Of a stretch of 58,786 nucleotides of DNA, positions 17,627-25,661 are shown one piece after another. The notes under the pieces were generated by a model. The model saw only the letters and a program-made list of their open reading frames with translations. It was not told where the DNA came from and searched no databases. Made by a program: the position numbers and the translations under genes. Position 1 is the first letter of the stretch, and the number at the start of each line of letters is the position of its first letter. Source of the DNA: a virus (Duplodnaviria; Caudoviricetes); the IMG/VR virus record IMGVR_UViG_3300036846_001130, positions 1 to 58,786 of that record. One strand, given 5' to 3'.

Positions 17627-18178
17627 ATGCCAATCATCCACATGAGAAGTAAAGCGGAAGACATCCCAGCCGATGCGGTGAACGTGCGCAAGCTGGAAGA
17701 GTACAGCGGGCAGAAGATGGACCTGTGGCTGTACGATTCGCACGTCGGCCTGTGCGTGAAGGAATACGAGCGCAACGGCTACAACGATTCCGACTTTTAC
17801 ATGGTCGTCTGGAACGAGGAACTGGGCAAGCCCGAGTCCATCGAGTTCGCCTCCACGCGCGGCTGGTCCTACCCTTGCATGGGTTCGCGAGTCGATGCCA
17901 GCCCGGAAGTGCTCGCCAAGTACAGCGCATGGGAAGCCGAAGAAGCCCGCAAGTATCGCGAGGCCCGGATGGCGGAGGAGGCAGCCCGCCCGGCGCGGGG
18001 CAAGATGCTCAAGGTAGTCAAGGGGCGCAAGGTGCCGAAGGGCACCACGGGCGAATGCATCTGGATTGGTGACGGGCGCTGGGGCAAGCGCGTAGGCATC
18101 AAGGATGCGGCAGGAACGGCCCACTGGACCGCCATCGCCAACGTCGAAGTAGTGACGGGAACGGAGGTGACCAGCTAA
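17627..18178 (+). CDS. Conserved phage protein with KOW/SH3-like C-terminus
   Basis: ERNGYNDSDFY...KVVKGRKVPKGTTG; GGAGCACAGCGAAAATG start. Confidence 0.8.
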   Translation: MPIIHMRSKAEDIPADAVNVRKLEEYSGQKMDLWLYDSHVGLCVKEYERNGYNDSDFYMVVWNEELGKPESIEFASTRGWSYPCMGSRVDASPEVLAKYSAWEAEEARKYREARMAEEAARPARGKMLKVVKGRKVPKGTTGECIWIGDGRWGKRVGIKDAAGTAHWTAIANVEVVTGTEVTS

Positions 18179-18187
18179 GTTTTCCCC

Positions 18188-18216
18188 TTGACACACAGGC
18201 GCATTGCGTCTATTAT
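18188..18216 (+). promoter_or_regulatory. Repeated early promoter/operator, copy 9
   Basis: TTGACA cacaggcgcattgcgtc TATTAT. Confidence 0.9.
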
Positions 18217-18240
18217 TGAGTTGTGAGAGGAGCACAGCGA

Positions 18241-18900
18241 ATGAAACGAATCGAGTCGAATGGCAAGGGCAGTTACATTCTGGGCCGGGTGGCCCTGCGC
18301 AGCACCAAATCCTTCACCCAGCATTACGAGTGCGCGGCATGGCATAAGACGGTCGAGTGCCCGCCGCAGGTTGTGGAGTTACGCTTCACGCTGCACGGCG
18401 ATGGAGGCTATCCCAGCTTCTATGCGACCTTTGCGGGCAAGGTGACCAGTTCGAATTTCGTACCGCTGTTTGGCGGGGTGCGCTGCGGCTCGGGCGGGAT
18501 CGACGAAGAGGTCGGCAAGGATGCGACGCACACGGTGTGCTTCGAGGCGCAGCATCATCTCGCCGGGTCGGTGCTGAACCGCTCCGACTTCACCTACAGC
18601 TTTGATCTCGATCTCGATCTGGTGTCGATTGAATGGACGGTATGGAAGTCGGCAGGCTACCTGCCCGACGACATCCTGTACCGCGAGGGCGAGCCGTGGC
18701 ACAATCTGGCGACGACCAACCTGAAGGCCATGATCACGCCGCACGATCCCAAGCTCATCGAGGCCTTGCGCTATAGCGCGGAGGCCACGCTGCGCGATCA
18801 TCCTGAGGCCATTCCGGGCGAGTTCACGCGCTACTGGGAACACCGCCGCGATTACATGGCGGCGCTGCTGACCCGGCTCCCGAAGGAGGACGCGAAGTGA
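18241..18900 (+). CDS. Hypothetical early protein
   Basis: GGAGCACAGCGAATG start (MKRIES). Confidence 0.75.
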   Translation: MKRIESNGKGSYILGRVALRSTKSFTQHYECAAWHKTVECPPQVVELRFTLHGDGGYPSFYATFAGKVTSSNFVPLFGGVRCGSGGIDEEVGKDATHTVCFEAQHHLAGSVLNRSDFTYSFDLDLDLVSIEWTVWKSAGYLPDDILYREGEPWHNLATTNLKAMITPHDPKLIEALRYSAEATLRDHPEAIPGEFTRYWEHRRDYMAALLTRLPKEDAK

Positions 18901-19370
18901 CCAAAGCGGAGCGCGAGCTGAAGCGGTATCTCGAATTGCTGCGCGACTGCGGGCTGTGCCTGCCGCATGGCATTGCGCTCGATGCCGATGCGGCTCGCCG
19001 CGCGGTGCTGCCGGGCTGGCACTACAAGGGGCCTGCCGACCTGTTGCTGCGCGAGGGCCAGTTCTACCCTCCGCCTGCGACCGTGCACCCGTGGAAGCAT
19101 GCCCTGCCGCAGGCCTGCTTTCGCAATGCGGCGCTGTACGCCATCGAGCACGGCATGCGCTACGTCGAAGGTTATGCGGGCGTGATCATCCCGGTGCATC
19201 ACGGCTGGTGTGTGGACGCGCATGGCCGGGTGATCGAGGTGACTTGGAAGGAACCCGGCTACGTGTACTTTGGGGTCGAGTTTCCCCCGTGCAAGGTGAT
19301 GAAGGGGGCAGTGCTGTTCAATCCCCGGCAGGGCACGAAGCTCTACCGCAAGCCCCTCGCCGCGCGTTAG
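18897..19370 (+). CDS. Hypothetical protein (papain/transglutaminase-like triad candidate)
   Basis: ACFRNA...YVEGYA...HHGWCVD. Confidence 0.65.
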   Translation: MTKAERELKRYLELLRDCGLCLPHGIALDADAARRAVLPGWHYKGPADLLLREGQFYPPPATVHPWKHALPQACFRNAALYAIEHGMRYVEGYAGVIIPVHHGWCVDAHGRVIEVTWKEPGYVYFGVEFPPCKVMKGAVLFNPRQGTKLYRKPLAAR

Positions 19371-19382
19371 AAGCCTGCCTGC

Positions 19383-19412
19383 TTGACAATTCTCTTTTTC
19401 AGGGTGTAGTGT
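19383..19412 (+). promoter_or_regulatory. Promoter of the replication operon
   Basis: TTGACA-18bp-TAGTGT; lacks the early operator. Confidence 0.6.
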
Positions 19413-19419
19413 GTCGGGG

Positions 19420-19608
19420 TTCTTCTGCTTCCCAGCGTAGAACACCTGCCGGGTGAGAGGTGATAGCCTCACTCGGCGACTTGCCGAATCGAAGGTGATA
19501 GCTCGGTTGGGCAAGAGCAATCGTTTCTCGCCTCGTCGCGGACCACTGAACGAGGGCGACGCCTGACTTGCGTGCAAAGCGAGATCAGCGCGTCGCCTGC
19601 CTTTTTCT
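19420..19608 (+). ncRNA. Structured leader RNA with twin identical-loop hairpins and a terminator-like stem
   Basis: Hairpins 19448-19477 and 19480-19515, both with loop AGGTGATAGC; GGCGACGC...GCGTCGCC stem then TTTTT. Confidence 0.6.
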
Positions 19609-19628
19609 CAACTCTGAAGAGAGGGCCA

Positions 19629-20663
19629 GTGGCACGCTACAGAACTGTCAAACCCGAGTTATTCACCGACGAGAAGCTGGCGAAGTGTTCCATTCCTGCC
19701 CGTCTGCTGTTCATCGGCCTGCTGTGTTTCTCCGAGGACATGGGGCGCAGGCGTTACAACCCTGCCCGCATCATGATGGAAGTTTTCCCCGGCGACGGTA
19801 CCGAGATCACTCCCGGCACTATCGATGACCTCGTCGGCGAACTCGCGAAGGTCGGCGTCGTTGAACTCTACGAGGTGAAGCGCAAGCGCTACCTGCGCAT
19901 TCCTCATTTCCTTGATCACCAGTACGTGCGCAAGCCTTCCCACTGCACTGCTCCGCCTGCGCCTTCCGAAGGTCCGGACGCGGTTATCTGCTTGTGTGCC
20001 AACTGCAAGATGGAGCTGGCTAAAAGTAATGGTCGAATGTTCCTGCAGGAACGTACCTCACTAGGACCTCACTCGGAACGCACTAGTGACGCACTGGTAC
20101 CTCACTCGGACGACACTAGTGAGGTACGAGTGCCGACAGGAATTGGAATTGGAATTGGAGTAAGTACTCTCTATGGTAAGAGTAGAGAAGATTTATACAC
20201 ACACGGTGCACTGCCGGAAAGCGCTGAGGATGCCGACCCTCAAGGCTATGCTCCCAGCGAGGAAAACCGTCGCGCTCAGTCCGGAGCACTCGACGAAATT
20301 GCTAGGAAGATGATCGCGCTGCTTCAAATCCCTCCTAACTCATTGAATCTACATATAGTTACTGACACACTCAAGGTCAGGGCGAGGACCAAAAACTTCA
20401 GTCTAGAGGCATCTGCCCAGCAACTTACTGCAAAGGCAGCACTTATCGGCGCTGAGAATCCTCCCGAGGACTGGAACGATTGGTTCTTCGATGCGCGCTA
20501 TGAGTATGTGCCGCAAGGGGATAGCAGGCTAGGCGACAAGCGCCTCGAAGCACGGGCAACCTGTGGCGGCCCGAGGTGCTATGAGGGCTGGGAGCCTGTG
20601 CGGATCGGGACCGAGATGCGCGCCCGCAGGTGCCCGGACTGTGTGAGGCTTTGGCATGTCTGA
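19629..20663 (+). CDS. Phage replication initiator (lambda O/replisome organiser-like)
   Basis: N-terminal ARYRTVKPELFTDEKL...ARLLFIGL; central repeats; upstream of DnaB. Confidence 0.8.
   Translation: MARYRTVKPELFTDEKLAKCSIPARLLFIGLLCFSEDMGRRRYNPARIMMEVFPGDGTEITPGTIDDLVGELAKVGVVELYEVKRKRYLRIPHFLDHQYVRKPSHCTAPPAPSEGPDAVICLCANCKMELAKSNGRMFLQERTSLGPHSERTSDALVPHSDDTSEVRVPTGIGIGIGVSTLYGKSREDLYTHGALPESAEDADPQGYAPSEENRRAQSGALDEIARKMIALLQIPPNSLNLHIVTDTLKVRARTKNFSLEASAQQLTAKAALIGAENPPEDWNDWFFDARYEYVPQGDSRLGDKRLEARATCGGPRCYEGWEPVRIGTEMRARRCPDCVRLWHV
20052..20200. repeat. Iteron-like repeats inside the initiator gene (candidate origin)
   Basis: ACCTCACT(A/C)GG x3, CACTAGTGA x2, inverted GTACCTCACTAG/CTAGTGAGGTAC, (GGAATT)3, then AT-richer tract. 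Confidence 0.65.
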
Positions 20664-20963
20664 ATTGTGTCCAGTGCCGCGCGTTTTGGCCATAAGTCCT
20701 TTCGATACGCTAGTGTCGGGGGTTCGCTCCGAACCCTTCGCAGCCGCGCATGGCAGGCGCATCGCGTCTAATCCTCGATTTTCGCTGAGGGGTCCGACCC
20801 TCCGCCATTACCCGACCCACCCGTCACCCCCAACGCCGGGCGGCGGCCTGTTTAAATTTAACCTCCTCCACTCTCCACCGTATACGAAAAATCGTATGCA
20901 AGTTGTTGCAAAACTGAGGGTTGGGAGTCTCAAAATTTTAAAAAATTCTGGAGAAAAAATGCT

Positions 20964-21446
20964 ATGGAGACGATGCGGATCAATTTGCCGGGCGAGCTGA
21001 AGCAGTGGCTGAAGGCGGAGGCAAAGCGTCGAGGGTTGAGCATGCGGGCGTTCGCGGTGGGGCTACTTTGGGGGTCATTTGAGGGGTCATTCAAGAGTCC
21101 GATTAAGAGTCCGGATCGGGCCTCTGGGACAAAACAGGGACAAAAGCGGGACTCCGAGGGCTGGGTCGCGGAGGATCATCCGGGCCGGGCTGAGTTTGTG
21201 GCGAAGGCGAGGGAGCACCACCGGGCGAAGGGGTACAGGTTCAGTCTGGAGGGTTGGCTGGGTCACTACGACTCGAACGGGGGGCGGGTGGGAAAGAATC
21301 CGATGAAAAGCTGGAAGGGATCGATGGTGACGTTTGAGAAGAACCGGGTGGAGATGGAGCCGGAGTCAGGGAAGGCGGTCACGCCGCCCAACCCGGCAGA
21401 GATTCGGCGGGCGCAGGAAGCCCGCGCGCGAGGAGAAGGCGTATGA
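20964..21446 (+). CDS. Ribbon-helix-helix-like DNA-binding protein
   Basis: MRINLPGELKQWLKAEAKRRGLSM; C-terminal YDSNGGRVGKNPMKSWK replication-protein-like motif. Confidence 0.65.
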   Translation: METMRINLPGELKQWLKAEAKRRGLSMRAFAVGLLWGSFEGSFKSPIKSPDRASGTKQGQKRDSEGWVAEDHPGRAEFVAKAREHHRAKGYRFSLEGWLGHYDSNGGRVGKNPMKSWKGSMVTFEKNRVEMEPESGKAVTPPNPAEIRRAQEARARGEGV

Positions 21447-22723
21447 ACAGCACATGGGAGGAGACTCTGCTGGAGGCGTTGCTGGTGACGGACTATGGGC
21501 ACGGGGTGGATGAGGCGATTGCGGCGGGGGTGACGTCGGACGATTTCATTCAGTCGGACTGCCGGGCGCTGTGGCGGGCCATGACGGAGCTGCAGGCCCG
21601 AGGCGAGCCGATTCAGACGCTGGGCCTGCTCGATGAGATGGTCAGCGCCGGGGTCAAGGAGGCGGACGGGGTGGCGACGCTGGCCCGGACGATGGACGGC
21701 GCGCCTGTCGGCGGCAGGATCAAATATCTGGCGGGGAAGGTGCGCGACGCCGCCAATCAGCGGCGCTTCGAGAAGACGGTAGAGCTGGCCAACACCCGGC
21801 TGGCGGAAGGCGAGGACGAAGCTTGGGTGCGCAACGAGCTGCTCGACGGGATCGCGAACATCGAGGCGAACAAGCTGGAAGCGCGCGATTACTCGCTCGC
21901 CGAGATTCAGCCTCCTACCATGCAGGCCATGGCGGATCGGCTCAATGGGGATCAGGCTCAGCAGGGGCTGCCCACTTCGCTCGCGGACCTCGATCTGGCT
22001 ACCACCGGAATCAATCCCGAGGAGCTGTGGGTCTGTGGCGGGCTGCAGGGACGGGGCAAGACGGCTTTCGGCTTACAGGTGGCGCTGCACGTTGTGGGCA
22101 AGGGCTTCCCGGTTTATCTGGTATCGCTGGAGATGACCCGCGCGGCCATCTTCCGCAGGCTGCTGCGCATCAAGTTCGGCTCCGGCGTGCTGGCCAGTCC
22201 CGGCCAGCGCTGGCAGGAAGTCTATGACTACTCCGAGGACTTGCGCCGCCTGCCGCTCTACATCGCCGACTCGGCTTCACTGGAGGCCTCCGAGATCGCC
22301 GCCCGCGCCCGCATGGCCATCCAGCGCCGTGGCATCCGCCTGATTGTCATCGATTACCTGCAGCTCATCCACGCCGAAGGCAAGGATCGCCGCGAATCGG
22401 TGGGCAACGCGGCCAACATCCTGCGCGTGCTGGCGAAGGATACGGGCGTGCCCGTGCTGCTGCTCTCGCAGCTGCGCAGGCCGCTCTCCCTCGACGACCG
22501 CCCCACCATGATCGATCTCAAGGAGTCAGGCGACATCGAAGGGCATGCCCACGTGGTGCTGCTGATCTACCGCCGCTATGACCGCCAGACCTCGGCCTTC
22601 ACCTGTGAGGACGAGATCATCATCGGTAAACAGCGCGAGGGTCCGGTGGGCAGCGTGCCCGTGACTTTCTTGGGCGAGCATGGCATCTTCCAGCCCCGCA
22701 TGGGAGAAGGAACCGACTTTTAG
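21443..22723 (+). CDS. dnaB: Replicative DNA helicase, DnaB-like
   Basis: GLQGRGKT, SLEM, IVIDYLQL, LSQLRR, DLKESGDIE, KQREGPVG. Confidence 0.95.
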   Translation: MNSTWEETLLEALLVTDYGHGVDEAIAAGVTSDDFIQSDCRALWRAMTELQARGEPIQTLGLLDEMVSAGVKEADGVATLARTMDGAPVGGRIKYLAGKVRDAANQRRFEKTVELANTRLAEGEDEAWVRNELLDGIANIEANKLEARDYSLAEIQPPTMQAMADRLNGDQAQQGLPTSLADLDLATTGINPEELWVCGGLQGRGKTAFGLQVALHVVGKGFPVYLVSLEMTRAAIFRRLLRIKFGSGVLASPGQRWQEVYDYSEDLRRLPLYIADSASLEASEIAARARMAIQRRGIRLIVIDYLQLIHAEGKDRRESVGNAANILRVLAKDTGVPVLLLSQLRRPLSLDDRPTMIDLKESGDIEGHAHVVLLIYRRYDRQTSAFTCEDEIIIGKQREGPVGSVPVTFLGEHGIFQPRMGEGTDF

Positions 22724-22739
22724 ACAAGGAGAGTCTATT

Positions 22740-23081
22740 ATGACGAAAGCGAAGCCGCCCCTGAACCTGACGCCGCGAAACCTGAAAGGACCGAAACCTT
22801 TAACCGTCTCCGAGGCGTGGGCGCAGCTCATGCGCGCCCGTCGCGAGGATAACCGCTTCCCCCGGCTCTCGGCGCGGGTGCGCTATGCCGTCGACCGCAT
22901 CGGTGGCCTGCCTGCCCTCAAGCGCATGGCGGATGAGGAGCTGGTCTTTTTGCTGCGCGATTTCGCGGCGGCCTATAACGAGTGGCCCCTGCCGGACGAT
23001 GGCGGCGTGGCCCGGCCTGCGGAGCGGGTGCGCCGGGTGGCAGGATCGAGCGCCCCGCTGATCAATGGGAGGGCGGAGTGA
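22740..23081 (+). CDS. Hypothetical protein
   Basis: AAGGAG RBS. Confidence 0.6.
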   Translation: MTKAKPPLNLTPRNLKGPKPLTVSEAWAQLMRARREDNRFPRLSARVRYAVDRIGGLPALKRMADEELVFLLRDFAAAYNEWPLPDDGGVARPAERVRRVAGSSAPLINGRAE

Positions 23082-23714
23082 GCGGGAGCATGCAGGAATC
23101 GCGCCGCTGTCTGAAGTTTTTTTACCGGGTGATGGAACGCATCGCCGAGGAGAATCTGGATCAGGCGCGTTCCCGAAATCTGGCTCGCGCTGCCCTCGAT
23201 CTGGGGTGGACCGATTTTGCCGATGCCCTCATCGCAGCCGGGCTACGCTTTTCCAAAGCCGGGAAGGAAAGACTGAAATGACCCACACCTGCCCGGCCTG
23301 CGGCAGGGAGTGGGAGTGCGCCTGCACCGACATAGTCAAGCGCGAGCACGCTTTGCTGTTCGGCGGGCATGAAGAGGAAATTGCCTGCTCGGAAAAGTGT
23401 GCCCGGCATCTGCTGGCCCTGCGGAATTTTTTAAGGAGGCATCGCTGATCATGATGATGATGAGCCGGATTCCCTCGACAAAATGCGAGAGCTGTCACTG
23501 GCGCTATCCCATGGCCCTGCTCAGCCCTTATCACTCCAGCGCGGGCAACGTCGGCCCGGTGTGCGGCATCTGCGCGTTGCTGATGTCCAACAAGGATTTA
23601 GGTATTGAGCGCCTGAAATTCACCGGGCCGCACGCCGAGCATCTGCGGCAGATGGCCCTGACATGGCGGGAGCGTCATCCTGACCTCGCGCCCCCTGCGG
23701 AGGCCACGTCATGA
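23078..23714 (+). CDS. Three small coupled hypothetical ORFs (23078-23281, 23278-23448, ~23448-23714), two Cys-rich
   Basis: ORF track with overlapping start/stop codons. Confidence 0.5.
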
Positions 23715-24265
23715 CGACGACGAAGCTCGACATCACCTGCCGGGAGTGTGGCCGCAATATCGAGCAGGTCGAGCCGGGCCGCCTCGGCTGCCCTTACGGC
23801 TGCGAGTGTGGCTTCCCTATCCGGCCCGAGTATCGTGCCCTGCTGGTCCGCCTCACCTGCCCCTGCTGCGGGGAGTGTGATCTCGATGTGCGCCTCGTCC
23901 CCGCGCTGCTCAGGCTGTGGAACCTGACCGAGGGGGCAGGCCTTGAAATCCTCTCCGGCTACCGCTGCAGCAAGTACAATCGCAGCCAGCCGCGCGGCTT
24001 TCCCAAGCTGGCCCACGCGCAGGGCCGGGCGGCAGACCTGAAGATTCCCGGCAAGACCCAGCGCGAGGCTTTTGCCCTTGCCGAGAGCGTGCCCGAGTTC
24101 CGCGCGGGCGGCATCGGGGCGCATGACGATGGCTCCCTGCACGTCGATGTGCGGGTCTTTCCCACCCGCTGGGCGCGGGTCGCGGGCAAGTATGTCAGCC
24201 TCAGCCAGCTGGAGTGGCGCGAGGAGCCAGCCTTTGTTCTTGACAGGAAACAAACGGTGGAGTAA
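23711..24265 (+). CDS. Peptidase M15-like zinc peptidase (endolysin candidate)
   Basis: ILSGYRC..YN...AHAQGRAADL...GIG...LHVDVR. Confidence 0.85.
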   Translation: MTTTKLDITCRECGRNIEQVEPGRLGCPYGCECGFPIRPEYRALLVRLTCPCCGECDLDVRLVPALLRLWNLTEGAGLEILSGYRCSKYNRSQPRGFPKLAHAQGRAADLKIPGKTQREAFALAESVPEFRAGGIGAHDDGSLHVDVRVFPTRWARVAGKYVSLSQLEWREEPAFVLDRKQTVE

Positions 24266-24334
24266 GAAAAATGCAAGCTTCAGACCCCGGAGTCTAACTT
24301 CCCGTGAAAGGAAATCAAATCAGTGAGGAGAAAT

Positions 24335-25105
24335 GTGAATGGCCACGAACAAAGTAATCCCCATCTTCAGGCGGGCCTCGCAACAGGCTACCTTTGCCGC
24401 CGTACCGAAGAAGAGTTACGAACCATCGCAGCAGCGACAGGCAGTATCGTTTCTGCGACAGAACTTGGAAACTGGCTGGGAAGGTTTCTTCTTTCAAAAT
24501 CTGAGGCGCACACGAACGGGCTGGACCATCACCAACGTGTGTCCCAAGTGCGGGGAGATGCCGCCGAAGGATATGCACTCGCCGCTGGCGCGGAGGAGAT
24601 TCATGTTCGCCCACGCTATAAGCGCGCACTGAGTGTCGAGGCTCGCGCCGCGATTGCGAAGGCGCAACGCAAACGCTGGCGGCTGGCCAAGAAGGCGGCG
24701 CTCGGCGGGCACAAGGGACCGCTGCAGAGCTTCAAGCCCGCCTCGCGCTCGCACTCCATCGCCAAAGCGCACGGGCAGAAAACTTACTGGGCCGGGATGA
24801 CGCCGGAGGAGCGTTCGAAGGAGATGCTGCGCCGCGTGAAAGTGCGCAAGGGCGACGCCCGGCCTGTGGGCCGTCCGAAGCTGAACCCGCGCGTCGGGAA
24901 CATACTGCCCAAAGGCTTCTGGCAGAACGAAACCACCCGCCTGCTGGCCAAAGGTCCCACCCCTCGCGCCGAAGTGAACGCGGCCCTGCTCAAGGTCAAG
25001 CCCGGCAAGAAGAATGCGATCACGGTGGCGCTGGCGACCATGAAGCGCCATGGCGTGATCCGTGAGGCGGACGGCATCATGACGCTGGGCGAGGCCCGCG
25101 CATGA
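24335..25105 (+). CDS. Basic DNA-binding/nucleoid-like protein
   Basis: LSVEARAAIAKAQRKRW motif; Lys/Arg-rich; winged-helix-like C-terminus. Confidence 0.65.
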   Translation: MNGHEQSNPHLQAGLATGYLCRRTEEELRTIAAATGSIVSATELGNWLGRFLLSKSEAHTNGLDHHQRVSQVRGDAAEGYALAAGAEEIHVRPRYKRALSVEARAAIAKAQRKRWRLAKKAALGGHKGPLQSFKPASRSHSIAKAHGQKTYWAGMTPEERSKEMLRRVKVRKGDARPVGRPKLNPRVGNILPKGFWQNETTRLLAKGPTPRAEVNAALLKVKPGKKNAITVALATMKRHGVIREADGIMTLGEARA

Positions 25106-25389
25106 CCCCTGCCCGCCTCTATCGCGACTTCCTGAAGCTGCCGGGTGGCAGCCAGTGGCAGTTCGTCGCCATGGTGGAATTGTGGCGGCAGAGGCGAAAA
25201 GAAAAACTGTACGGCGTGGCGCGCGCGATCAATCACGAATTCGGTTTCGACTGGACCGACCCGCGCACAGGCCGGACTTACCCAGCGCCAGAGAAAGCGA
25301 AGTTGAGTCATGGAAGTCGAGCTGTTGCACATCCATCACGGCGACAAGAAAAAGAAAATCGACACCTCGGTCGCCGCAGGAAAAAATGA
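25102..25389 (+). CDS. Hypothetical protein
   Basis: ATGA coupling; WTDPRTG. Confidence 0.5.
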   Translation: MTPARLYRDFLKLPGGSQWQFVAMVELWRQRRKEKLYGVARAINHEFGFDWTDPRTGRTYPAPEKAKLSHGSRAVAHPSRRQEKENRHLGRRRKK

Positions 25390-25657
25390 AGTCGAGCGCC
25401 TGCTGAAAACCCTCTGCGAGCAGAAGTGCGCGATCTTCCTCGAACGCGGCAAGGAAACCTATCGGCTCACAGGCTACGACAAGGACACTGATCAGCTGAT
25501 CGTCGAGCGCCCCCGCCGCGCCGGGCGCAAACCCAAAAATTTGCCTCCAGCCGTCGACCGCATGACGGTGAAAGAGGCGGAGCGCGCCTATTGCCGGGTG
25601 GATGCCGCCAGCGCGAAGGTGACCGCCGTGGCTCCGGTCGCGGGCGGATCGAGGTGA
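25310..25657 (+). CDS. Small protein with near-terminal GG (ubiquitin/ThiS-like candidate)
   Basis: Ends AVAPVAGGSR. Confidence 0.55.
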   Translation: MEVELLHIHHGDKKKKIDTSVAAGKNEVERLLKTLCEQKCAIFLERGKETYRLTGYDKDTDQLIVERPRRAGRKPKNLPPAVDRMTVKEAERAYCRVDAASAKVTAVAPVAGGSR

Positions 25658-25661
25658 TGTC

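Noticed and set aside
12658-18216. Repeats as a CRISPR array
   Set aside because: Spacing is hundreds of bp with whole genes between, copies are degenerate and face both directions, no cas genes; they fit promoters
19420-19608. tRNA
   Set aside because: No T-loop GTTCGA, acceptor stem or CCA
20656-21000. 114-aa ORF across the AT-rich switch
   Set aside because: Low-complexity translation, no RBS, overlaps likely regulatory DNA
24240-24268. Promoter TTGACA-17-TAAGAA
   Set aside because: Weak -10, lacks the operator and lies inside the peptidase 3' end; not enough support
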